A DNA stretch of 64,000 bases from a virus, in the IMG/VR virus record IMGVR_UViG_3300043420_000984, positions 27,487-91,486 of that record; one strand, 5' to 3'. Below the pieces are notes generated by a model that made no database searches, had not been told where the DNA came from, and worked only from the letters and a program-made list of their open reading frames with translations. Made by a program: the position numbers and the translations under genes. Within the stretch, counting starts at the first letter, position 1; each line of letters begins with the position of its first letter. This document shows positions 40,864 through 49,270 of this stretch, one piece after another.

Positions 40864-41037
40864 ATGCTGACTGTTACTGAGACCATTACCCGCCCTCTGA
40901 ATACTGATGAGAGCCTTGCCCTGGACCCTTCTGAGGTCTTTGCAGAATACTCCAGTGCCAGGGTGGCAGGGGACAAGAAAACCGCCGTCGAGTGTGCTAA
41001 GATTATGATGCTCCAGGCGATGTCTATGGGTCGCTGA
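40864..41037 (+). CDS. Small early protein
   Basis: 57 aa after promoter module 40778. Confidence 0.6.
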   Translation: MLTVTETITRPLNTDESLALDPSEVFAEYSSARVAGDKKTAVECAKIMMLQAMSMGR

Positions 41038-41095
41038 GTTTTCCACAACCCTGTGGAAAACTTTCTTAGTTTTTCCACAACCCTGTGGAAAACTC
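41036..41095. repeat. Two copies of TTTTCCACA-ACCC-TGTGGAAAA (four DnaA-box-like 9-mers)
   Basis: Boxes at 41039-47, 41052-60 (reverse), 41071-79, 41084-92 (reverse). Confidence 0.9.
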
Positions 41096-41218
41096 AAAAT
41101 CTCAAAAAGTCAAAAATCCCACTTTTTTGCTTTTTTGAAAAACTGAGAAATCTCAAAATCTTAAATTTTAAGGTTTTTCAGTTTTTTATCCTTTAAACAT
41201 TAACAAAACACACACATC

Positions 41219-41467
41219 ATGACGAAAACCTACGAAAATCTTAACAGTAGTGCTATTAATAGCATTAATGTAGAAGATAATGTAGTTAAAGTAGTGTATA
41301 ATAGTAATACTGACAAAGAATATACGTTTATTTGTCAAAATGTAGATCAATTCATTGAACAACTGTCTGCAGAATTGATCGATGTAGAACTCAACAACGG
41401 CAAAGGATCTGTTGGTCGTTTTCTATACCAACAGATCCGAAATGGTGTCCTTGTTGAATCTAAATAA
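41219..41467 (+). CDS. KTSC-like domain protein
   Basis: SSAINSI...V.V.Y.S...EY.F...SVGRF....I. Confidence 0.6.
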   Translation: MTKTYENLNSSAINSINVEDNVVKVVYNSNTDKEYTFICQNVDQFIEQLSAELIDVELNNGKGSVGRFLYQQIRNGVLVESK

Positions 41468-41500
41468 TCACACAGTTTGAGTAAGTAACTACCCAAGAAA

Positions 41501-41662
41501 ATGAGCAACAAAAACTATCGCTACAACAGCAACGATAAGTTTACTGAATTCGACGATGATTTTGAAGACTACGGTTACGACGTAAAGAATATTCGAAGGC
41601 AGAGTAAAAAGAAAGTTACCAAATTCAAGACGCGAGACGACGAATACTATGACAGTTATTGA
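41501..41662 (+). CDS. Small charged protein
   Basis: 53 aa; CTAAATA late-type motif at 41460. Confidence 0.55.
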   Translation: MSNKNYRYNSNDKFTEFDDDFEDYGYDVKNIRRQSKKKVTKFKTRDDEYYDSY

Positions 41663-41731
41663 AGTGGCACAGTAGGGGTTGTGGATGGTCCCTGGTGATG
41701 TATTCTACAGAAGTCGTCAGGGATCACCCCA

Positions 41732-42004
41732 ATGAACACCAAATACATGGTCATCGGTTTTGGTAGAACTGAGACTGGTTTCTTCAACCAGAAAGCATTC
41801 GCAGGTAGCATCGGATATGCCTGTGGTTTCTATAACGGTCACCTGCAAGATCCTGAGATGGATGGTGCTGTACTGATCAGGATTAATCATGAGGATTGGG
41901 AAGTGATTCAAGAGTTTAATCGTGAGCACTATCCTATCAGCATCGAATACAGCGCCTTGGGTACATTTAGCGTCAAGCAATCCCCTGATCTGGTGATGGT
42001 GTGA
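41732..42004 (+). CDS. Hypothetical early protein
   Basis: Single-gene cassette. Confidence 0.7.
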   Translation: MNTKYMVIGFGRTETGFFNQKAFAGSIGYACGFYNGHLQDPEMDGAVLIRINHEDWEVIQEFNREHYPISIEYSALGTFSVKQSPDLVMV

Positions 42005-42081
42005 CGGTCTAGGAACTGGTACAGGGGGTGCCACAGGTGCCCCTACCACCCCTTATAATTACTTCAGTTCAAACAAACCAA

Positions 42082-42270
42082 ATGCCTACTGCTTCCGAAG
42101 TCCACATGTTTGACCTTGAGATTGCTCCTGCTCTACGTGATTTCATGAGCAATAACATCTGTGACGCAAACGATTGTGTTGATTGGGTGTGTGAGGTGTT
42201 TGATATCAATGCCTCTGATTTTATCATCGATCGTGTGTGTGATGAGTTTGAAGAATTCTTCGGTGAGTGA
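42082..42270 (+). CDS. Highly acidic small protein
   Basis: Single-gene cassette, D/E rich. Confidence 0.7.
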   Translation: MPTASEVHMFDLEIAPALRDFMSNNICDANDCVDWVCEVFDINASDFIIDRVCDEFEEFFGE

Positions 42271-42349
42271 CGGTCTGAGAACTGTCACAAGGGGGGTTGC
42301 AAGGACCCCCCACCCCCTGTTATCTTACATTTGTTCCTGAGGAATCCCA

Positions 42350-42535
42350 ATGGCAGTCATTCTCAACGGCGGATGCATTCGTATGGCACTGATGGATCGT
42401 CGCTCCGAATTGATTCGTTGTGCCAGCATCACTAAAGATGCAACATTCGACCAAAAGATTCAAGAACTGGACGATGCGTTAATGCAACTTTGGGATGCAA
42501 AAGAAGTGTTGCTCTCCCCAAGTGTGACGGTCTGA
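42350..42535 (+). CDS. Hypothetical early protein
   Basis: Single-gene cassette with GAGG RBS. Confidence 0.7.
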   Translation: MAVILNGGCIRMALMDRRSELIRCASITKDATFDQKIQELDDALMQLWDAKEVLLSPSVTV

Positions 42536-42603
42536 CAAGTGGCACAGGGGGGATTGACCTTCTCCCTGATCTCTGATACATTACATTTGTTGCTGAGGAA
42601 TTC

Positions 42604-42783
42604 ATGACTGGTAATTACTTCAACACCAAGATCATTGAGAACCATGATTCTCACATGTACCTGAACAACAGCATGGCAGAGTGCTATGATTTCTGCCTAG
42701 GTGTTGCTGAGGTGATGGAAAGTGTGCCTGATCAGGCATGGTGGGCGGATCAAAAGAAAGGTCACATCTGCTACGACGTGTGA
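42604..42783 (+). CDS. Hypothetical early protein
   Basis: 59-aa cassette with GAGG RBS; stop codon inside the next dyad. Confidence 0.65.
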   Translation: MTGNYFNTKIIENHDSHMYLNNSMAECYDFCLGVAEVMESVPDQAWWADQKKGHICYDV

Positions 42784-42860
42784 CAGTCTGACAAGTGGCA
42801 CACAGGGGGTTGCAATTGCCCCCGATATCCATCATACTACCCAAGTAAACACAAATTCAA

Positions 42861-43136
42861 ATGACTCTCACTGACATTCAAGTTCAAGAGTTGCTGACTG
42901 CTCACTGCTATCGTGTGTTGAGTAGCATGAATGAGGATGATTTGCTGTCCTATGCCATGCAAATGATGTCACAGTCATTTGATAAGAATCCTGGTCAATA
43001 TGATGTTGATTTGGATATGCTTATCGGTGACATTCTGATTGCAGAGGATGAGGATGAAGAATCCGCTGCTGAATTTATCGTGGGCACTGGTATCGATCCT
43101 GAGGTGGCCGATGCCCTGGTTAACCGCCAGGTGTGA
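42861..43136 (+). CDS. Highly acidic small protein
   Basis: Cassette; EDEDEES tract. Confidence 0.7.
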   Translation: MTLTDIQVQELLTAHCYRVLSSMNEDDLLSYAMQMMSQSFDKNPGQYDVDLDMLIGDILIAEDEDEESAAEFIVGTGIDPEVADALVNRQV

Positions 43137-43217
43137 CACCTTCCAAACTGTCCACCAAACCCCCCACGGTGCCCCTGAGGGTGCCATACTAACAGAGTCA
43201 ACCAAAGGGACACCCCC

Positions 43218-43547
43218 ATGCGTAAGATCGAACGCCAAATGAACGCTGCCATTCGTGACAGCAAGGATTGGAAGTCTGCCAACACCATGGTTACCACTGT
43301 TAATGGTGTTTCCCATGTGTTTCTTCATGGTAACAAGATTGCTGAGGTTGGTGACAACTTCATCGTGCTGATGGATGGTGGTTGGCAATCTAACACCACT
43401 AAATCTCGCCTGAATGCTATCCTGTGTGAGCATGGTTGCCCTGGTGAGTGTGTGTTTCAAGAGAAGTTTCAGTGGTTCGTTAACATGAAGAACGCCAAAG
43501 GTGAGAATATGAAGGTTCCTTTCTTTTCTGGGATGCGTCTAAACTAG
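43218..43547 (+). CDS. Conserved-type phage early protein
   Basis: MRKIE...VFLHGNKIA...DGGWQSNTTKSRLNA. Confidence 0.8.
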   Translation: MRKIERQMNAAIRDSKDWKSANTMVTTVNGVSHVFLHGNKIAEVGDNFIVLMDGGWQSNTTKSRLNAILCEHGCPGECVFQEKFQWFVNMKNAKGENMKVPFFSGMRLN

Positions 43548-43562
43548 GAAATTCCTAAAATT

Positions 43563-43821
43563 TAGAATTCTCAATAAAATGAAATTATTGAGAATTCTAT
43601 TTTTTTATAAAATAAGAAAGTTATAACTTATAATATCTTTATTATAATAACTAACAAACAATTGAGGTTTATTCTAATGACCATTCAAGAAATGTATCAA
43701 GAGTTAAAAGAACAAACCGAAGAAGATAATATAGATCTATACGATGATTGTTATATCTTCGATATAGAATATACTACTCTGGAGTAGTATATTATACTAT
43801 ACTAGTACTAGTATAGTATAA
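43563..43821. repeat. AT-rich island with stacked palindromes
   Basis: 15-bp inverted repeat 43563-77/43585-99; 12-bp inverted repeat 43768-79/43782-93; perfect 30-bp palindrome 43792-43821. Confidence 0.92.
43677..43787 (+). CDS. Tiny acidic ORF (36 aa)
   Basis: GAGG upstream; MTIQEMYQEL... Confidence 0.4.
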   Translation: MTIQEMYQELKEQTEEDNIDLYDDCYIFDIEYTTLE

Positions 43822-44017
43822 GTCAAGTATAACTGTGCCAGTTTGAGAGCTGGCACAGTAGGCCAGAAGCGCCCTGGATCCCTCCCTCGCCTCCCTCTAG
43901 TCTAGAGGTCGCCGCGGCCAATTCAAGGGGGTTGCAGACGGTTTGAGAGGTGGCACAGAGATGGTCGCAAAGGTGCTGACCCGTGCTTATAATGATCAAG
44001 ACAACCACATTCACCTG

Positions 44018-44251
44018 ATGACTGACACTTTCTTCAAGACCTTCGCTAACACTTTGGTCTACAACATCGCCACGATTGTTGCTATCATCGTGGCAGTAGT
44101 TAGCTATACTTACCGTGCTGCCCGAGTTTGGTATAATGAAGGCGGTCGTGAGTTTCTGATCACTAACGCCTGTAAGTGCATGGCATTTGTTAACAAAATG
44201 GCAGAACAGGCATACTACCGTCTGGAGGATGCTGAGACCGCCGCGGCCTAG
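44018..44251 (+). CDS. Small membrane protein
   Basis: Cassette with one TM helix. Confidence 0.65.
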   Translation: MTDTFFKTFANTLVYNIATIVAIIVAVVSYTYRAARVWYNEGGREFLITNACKCMAFVNKMAEQAYYRLEDAETAAA

Positions 44252-44331
44252 TACAGTCTGACAAGTGGCACAGGGTCAGTCGCAACCTGCCTCACCCTGT
44301 GCCTATAATGACCTCAGTTCAATTCACTTCA

Positions 44332-45144
44332 ATGGACCGCCTCGAAATGCTCATGTCGCGAGAACAGTTAATGGAGGATATTGATTGTATCATCAGCGGT
44401 TATTTTCAGGGCATCGATGAAGATGAACTGAATGAAGTTACCCGCATCCTGTGTGATGCTGTCTGTGCCAACTTCCCCGCTAACTGATCATGTACCGCAC
44501 ACTTTCTGAACTTCGTGATAGTGTCAATCAGATGATTGATGCTCAAGGTGAGAACGCTCCCTGTGCTGCGTTTGTATTCACTCAGCACGATGTATTTGAG
44601 TTCAATGAGGAAACCAATCAGGATGATTATTTCTCCTCTCTTTTCACTCAAGATGTGCTCGCTGATGTAGGTGGTTCTTCCTACATCTACGAACAGGTAG
44701 GTGAGATGATTGATGATACAATCCGTCTCCGTAAGAATCTGACTGTCTATTCTGGAAAGATGTGGCAGCATAATGATGAGGATGACAACTGATGAACCGC
44801 ACTGAACTCCAGGATCAACTCATTCAGACAATTCTGGATGGTATGGACATGAAAACCCTCGAACAGTATGCTTACGACATGCTGGTGAATTGCTTTGAGG
44901 GTTATACTGATGAAGAACTGATCACAGAGGTTAGTGATCATTACCCTGAACTTCTGGAGGACTGATGTTAGCTCTACTTAGCATGGGCGTTGATAGTTTC
45001 AAAGACGCACTTTACTGGTGGCGTGAGAATGAAATGCCTGCGTTCTGGATTGAACTGAACAGCGGCTATTATCAGCTCAATCCTAAACTCTACGCTGCAG
45101 CGATGCTAGGCAACAACTATGCAGACGTAGTTTATACAAACTAG
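44332..45144 (+). other. Four coupled small, mostly acidic ORFs (44332-44487, 44490-44792, 44792-44965, 44965-45144)
   Basis: Close spacing and TGATG couplings after promoter module 44250. Confidence 0.65.
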
Positions 45145-45330
45145 GCGGCCGCGGCCAGTACGTTCATACTACTGGCCCTAGAGGGGGATCCCGCCCTCTT
45201 GCCTCCCTCCAGCATAGAGGCGGCCGCGGCCGATTGCAAGGGGGTTGTGGGCAGTTCGACTGGTGGCACACTGGTGGTTGTGGTGGGGTCGCTCCACCCT
45301 ATACTAAGGGAGTCAAACGCACCGAGACCC

Positions 45331-45516
45331 ATGTGGGATGAGATCCAAGACATGCCTGGTGAGATCTTCGACATCTCAGACGAGACCCGCGACGAGATGG
45401 CCGCGGCCTGGGCAGACGATGCCGAGGAGGAGCCAGGGTGGGATCTGATGGGATGGGACGATGATCAGGCCCTGGAGGAGTTCTCCCTGGAGTGCGCCTT
45501 CGGCCCTGAGGAGTGA
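45331..45516 (+). CDS. Extremely acidic 61-aa protein
   Basis: MWDEIQDMPGEIFD...; about one third D/E with a single Arg. Confidence 0.7.
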   Translation: MWDEIQDMPGEIFDISDETRDEMAAAWADDAEEEPGWDLMGWDDDQALEEFSLECAFGPEE

Positions 45517-45597
45517 CAGTCTAAGGGGTGGCACACCTGCTGCCCCTTCCCTCTCCACCCTGTGCCTATAATGATCAAGTCAACCACAAACGACACC

Positions 45598-46032
45598 ATG
45601 ACCGTGACCCTCACCTCTAACTACCGCGAGATGCTCGCTGCTGCTACTGTTGAGAAGATCGATGAACTGATCGATGAGACTTACTGCCTCGATGACATGC
45701 TGGTGTTCATCGATGAGTATAACGAACGTGCCTTTGTAGAAGTCTATGAAGAGTATGTGCGTTGTGGTGAAGCGATTGGGTATGAAGCAGTAGATGCCCT
45801 TGCTAGTGAGTCTGGCATCGATTACATCGATTGCTGTGATGAACGCTACCAGGGTTGCTATCAGTCTACCGCTGATTTTGCAGAGGAGTTTCATACCTCT
45901 ATCGGCAACCATGTTCCTGAGGGTATTGAAGTCGATTGGGAAGCGACTTGGGATCGTAATCTCTACTACGATTTCACCGCATGTAACGATGGCACGACTT
46001 ACTGCCCCATCCACATCTTCCGCGATATGTGA
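45598..46032 (+). CDS. ArdA-like antirestriction protein (copy 1)
   Basis: Acidic; YQGCY....FAEE...P..I.VDWEATW..L.YDF resembles the ArdA C-terminal pattern. Confidence 0.65.
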   Translation: MTVTLTSNYREMLAAATVEKIDELIDETYCLDDMLVFIDEYNERAFVEVYEEYVRCGEAIGYEAVDALASESGIDYIDCCDERYQGCYQSTADFAEEFHTSIGNHVPEGIEVDWEATWDRNLYYDFTACNDGTTYCPIHIFRDM

Positions 46033-46065
46033 TCACAACTGATCACCACTAAGTAAACACTACAG

Positions 46066-46090
46066 GGGGGCAACTCTGCCCCCTTTTTTT
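46066..46090 (+). terminator. Intrinsic terminator
   Basis: GGGGGCA-ACTC-TGCCCCC followed by T7; identical hairpin at 47975-47992. Confidence 0.85.
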
Positions 46091-46218
46091 ATTGTCTCAT
46101 TTCAACCTGCCTCACCTGCCCGTCGTCAAGGCATCGGGGACAGTAGACGAGCTGGCACTCGGTCTCCTGCGATCGGTCCTCACCCGTGCCTATAATGACT
46201 GCAGTTCAGACAAGCACC

Positions 46219-46422
46219 ATGCACAAGATCAACACCCTCGGCAGCGACGCCATCAAGCGAATGACCGTCGATCCCTTGAAGGGCAGCGTTCGCGTTTGCT
46301 TCTGGAGCGGCGGTAAGGTCTACCGCTTCGATGGCGTCTCCCGTCGTGCCATCCTCTCCCTGATGGCATGGCAGGATCGCAGCTTGGGCCAGTGGGTGAA
46401 CCGTCACTGCCTCGCTCGCTGA
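46219..46422 (+). CDS. KTSC-like domain protein (copy 1)
   Basis: S.AI....V.F.SG..Y.F.GV......SLGQWVN. Confidence 0.65.
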   Translation: MHKINTLGSDAIKRMTVDPLKGSVRVCFWSGGKVYRFDGVSRRAILSLMAWQDRSLGQWVNRHCLAR

Positions 46423-46466
46423 CCCCATCCCGACCCTGTAGACTAACCTCAGTTCAAACGACCACG

Positions 46467-46655
46467 ATGAACCTGACCGAATCGACCGCCCTCGCCATCG
46501 CCATCGTTCACGCCAACTGCCCCCATGCCGCTGATGGGCACGTTCGCTCCCTCCATCAGACCACTGAGGGTGCCGAGATGCTGCGCCTGATCGTTCGGGA
46601 TGATCTGGCGGGTGCTGCCGACATCATCGCCAACGCCCTGATGGGCAATCTCTGA
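46467..46655 (+). CDS. Hypothetical early protein
   Basis: Single-gene cassette. Confidence 0.65.
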   Translation: MNLTESTALAIAIVHANCPHAADGHVRSLHQTTEGAEMLRLIVRDDLAGAADIIANALMGNL

Positions 46656-46722
46656 AGTGGCACAAGAGGGGGCAGAGATGCCCCCATCCTGGCTCTAGAC
46701 TTCTCTCAACAGCAAACGACCC

Positions 46723-46851
46723 ATGAAAACCGCTCTCCTCCTCCCAACCGCCTTCGCTGCCCTGATCATCGGCACCCTGTTCGCAGGGCACGTCGCTAGC
46801 GAGTTTCACGGGCAGCGAGCAGCAGAGGCACACTTCGCTGCCACTCGCTGA
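46723..46851 (+). CDS. Small membrane/secreted peptide (copy 1)
   Basis: MKTALLLPTAFAALIIGTLFAGHVASE; paralogue at 49464. Confidence 0.65.
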   Translation: MKTALLLPTAFAALIIGTLFAGHVASEFHGQRAAEAHFAATR

Positions 46852-46921
46852 ACCGTCCACAGGGGGACCGAGATCCCCCTTCCCTGCCTGTAGACTAACC
46901 TCAGTTCAAACGAAACGACCC

Positions 46922-47107
46922 ATGATCAACCGCGCTCGCGTCATCGCTTCCCTGCTCGCCATGTTCAAGGCAGAGCACGGCAGCACCCCTCAGTGGTTGC
47001 TCGAACTCCACCACCGCTCTGATGATGAAGTGCTGGTGGCACGTCTCGCCAACTGGCGCACCAACTATCCCAACCACTATCAGCGCCACGGTCTCTATGT
47101 GATGTGA
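46922..47107 (+). CDS. Hypothetical early protein (copy 1)
   Basis: TP.W.LELHHRS.DE...W..NYP; paralogue at 48491. Confidence 0.7.
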   Translation: MINRARVIASLLAMFKAEHGSTPQWLLELHHRSDDEVLVARLANWRTNYPNHYQRHGLYVM

Positions 47108-47186
47108 CGATCAGCAGGGTGGCCGCGGCCGCCCTGATCTGCCCTCACCCGTGCCTATAATGACCTCAGTTCAAACGAAACGAACC

Positions 47187-47459
47187 ATGACCGCTTCCAC
47201 CCTCTCCACCTACAACGGTTGGGCAACCTACGAAACCTGGAACGCTGCCCTGTGGATCCAGAACGACGAGTTCCTCTACAACACCGCTCGGGCATGTGTG
47301 GAGTTCTGCGGCGATAACGAGACCCCATGGGACAAGTTCCAACGGTGCATGATGGACGGTCAGATCGGACGGATGCTCGGTCAGACCCGTGACGGCGTGG
47401 CATGGGATAGCGTCGCCATCGATGCAGACGAGATGAACGCCATGATGGTCGATCTCTGA
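47187..47459 (+). CDS. Conserved-type phage protein (YNGW.xYETW motif)
   Basis: YNGWATYETWNAALWIQNDE.LY. Confidence 0.75.
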   Translation: MTASTLSTYNGWATYETWNAALWIQNDEFLYNTARACVEFCGDNETPWDKFQRCMMDGQIGRMLGQTRDGVAWDSVAIDADEMNAMMVDL

Positions 47460-47526
47460 ACCGACCACTAGGGGGCGCGACCTGCCCCCACCCGTGCCTA
47501 TAATGACCTCAGTTCAAACGAACCCC

Positions 47527-47967
47527 ATGACCGTGACCCTCACTTCCAACTATCGTGACTGCCTGGATGCTCACACTGTAGATTTCATTGATGAGCGTAT
47601 CGATGAGAACTATGCTCTGGACGACATGCTGGAGTTCATCGACACTCACAACGAAACTGATTTCTGCAACTATTACGAGGAGTATGTGCGTTGTGGTGAA
47701 GCGATCGGGTACGAGGCAGTTGATGCTCTGATTGAAGAGATGGGCGACATGTCCTACATCGATTGCTGCGATGAGCGTTACCAGGGACACTATGATGATG
47801 AGGCAGAGTTTGCAGAGGAGTTCATGACTAGCACGATGGGTTATGAAATCCCTGCTGCAATCGTTGTCGATTGGGAGGCAACTTGGGACGCTAATCTGCG
47901 TTATGATTTCACTGCCTGCCGCGATAAGACTTCCTACCGTCCCTGCCACATCTTCGCTGACAACTGA
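47527..47967 (+). CDS. ArdA-like antirestriction protein (copy 2)
   Basis: Paralogue of 45598 with an identical YEEYVRCGEAIGYEAVDAL block. Confidence 0.65.
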   Translation: MTVTLTSNYRDCLDAHTVDFIDERIDENYALDDMLEFIDTHNETDFCNYYEEYVRCGEAIGYEAVDALIEEMGDMSYIDCCDERYQGHYDDEAEFAEEFMTSTMGYEIPAAIVVDWEATWDANLRYDFTACRDKTSYRPCHIFADN

Positions 47968-48020
47968 ATCAAACGGGGGCAACTCTGCCCCCTATTCTTT
48001 ACACTAACTGATCGCCACTG

Positions 48021-48170
48021 ATGAACACTGCCTCGCTGATTCGCCTCGCCCTAGTTGCAGGCATCCTGATGATGTTCTCTCAAACTGTAGGATCGGTGTT
48101 TGCCCTTGCCCAGACCCTAGACCGTGTGACAGCAGACAAGGTGGCACAGATGGCATCGCTGAGCGACTGA
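48021..48170 (+). CDS. Small membrane peptide
   Basis: 49 aa with a hydrophobic N-terminus. Confidence 0.5.
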   Translation: MNTASLIRLALVAGILMMFSQTVGSVFALAQTLDRVTADKVAQMASLSD

Positions 48171-48207
48171 CCCTGCCTGTAGAATGACCTCAGTTCAAAC
48201 GACCGAC

Positions 48208-48441
48208 ATGACCAGCACCGCCTTCGCCTTCTACCGTGTGGAACTCGACAAGGCAGACGGTAGCACCGCTGTAGAGTATCGCAAGCGTCGCAAGGCAACC
48301 ACCGCTAAGGGCATGTCCCGCCAGCATGACAACGTGGTGAATGCCGTTATTGAGGAACTGCGCTATTATCGCATCGAGGGATGGAAGCGCCTCACCGTGA
48401 CCCGTGTGCCTGCTGCAGAGGTGGCACAAGCGACTCGCTAA
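48208..48441 (+). CDS. Basic hypothetical early protein
   Basis: Single-gene cassette. Confidence 0.65.
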   Translation: MTSTAFAFYRVELDKADGSTAVEYRKRRKATTAKGMSRQHDNVVNAVIEELRYYRIEGWKRLTVTRVPAAEVAQATR

Positions 48442-48490
48442 GGGGTCGCCCCTGCCTCTAGACTAACCTCAGTTCAAACGACACGAGACC

Positions 48491-48688
48491 ATGACCAGCA
48501 CTCAACGCACCCGTGCCATCGCTTCCCTCTGTGCCATGTTCAATGATTACCATGGCAACGACATCACCCCTGCCTGGGTTCTGGAACTGCATCATCGCAG
48601 CACTGATGAGGAGATCGCTCAGCGCCTCAGCACCTGGCGTGAGAACTATCCCCAGCAGTTCGCTCGCTTCGGCACCTATGTGATGTGA
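48491..48688 (+). CDS. Hypothetical early protein (copy 2)
   Basis: Paralogue of 46922. Confidence 0.7.
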   Translation: MTSTQRTRAIASLCAMFNDYHGNDITPAWVLELHHRSTDEEIAQRLSTWRENYPQQFARFGTYVM

Positions 48689-48768
48689 CAATCGACGGGG
48701 TGGCCGCGGCGACCCGCTGACCGCCACCCTACCCTCTAGACTGACCTCAGTTCAAACGACACGAGACC

Positions 48769-48972
48769 ATGCTCCCCATCGACTCCAAATACAGCAGCGC
48801 CGCTCGCAAGGTGACCGCCAACCCCTTCACTGGCAGCGTTCGCGTTCGCTTCAAGTCTGGCAGCAAGGAGTATCGCTTCACTGGCGTCTCCCGTCGTGCC
48901 ATCATCAGCGCCGCGATCATCCCCCCTCTCAGCGTGGGACAGTGGATCAACCGTCACTGCTGGTCGCTCTGA
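48769..48972 (+). CDS. KTSC-like domain protein (copy 2)
   Basis: Paralogue of 46219. Confidence 0.65.
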   Translation: MLPIDSKYSSAARKVTANPFTGSVRVRFKSGSKEYRFTGVSRRAIISAAIIPPLSVGQWINRHCWSL

Positions 48973-49019
48973 CCGCCAACCCTGCCTGTAGAATGACCTC
49001 AGTTCAAACGACCAAGACC

Positions 49020-49190
49020 ATGACCCGTTACAACCCCAACGCCTACGAAGCCCAGATCCTCGCCAAGGGTCGGGACCTGCCCACCGCTCCTGCCCCCAAG
49101 GCACAGTACCCCCGTACTATCGGGCACCGTACTTTCCAGACTGAGGCAGAATACCAGGAGGCGCTGGCAGACTTCCTGAATGGCATGTGA
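49020..49190 (+). CDS. Hypothetical early protein
   Basis: Single-gene cassette. Confidence 0.65.
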   Translation: MTRYNPNAYEAQILAKGRDLPTAPAPKAQYPRTIGHRTFQTEAEYQEALADFLNGM

Positions 49191-49270
49191 CGGTGGAGGG
49201 GGTGTCCCCTGATGCCCCTTTCCCCCCCTCACCCGTGCCTATAATGACCTCAGTTCAAACGACCAAGACC

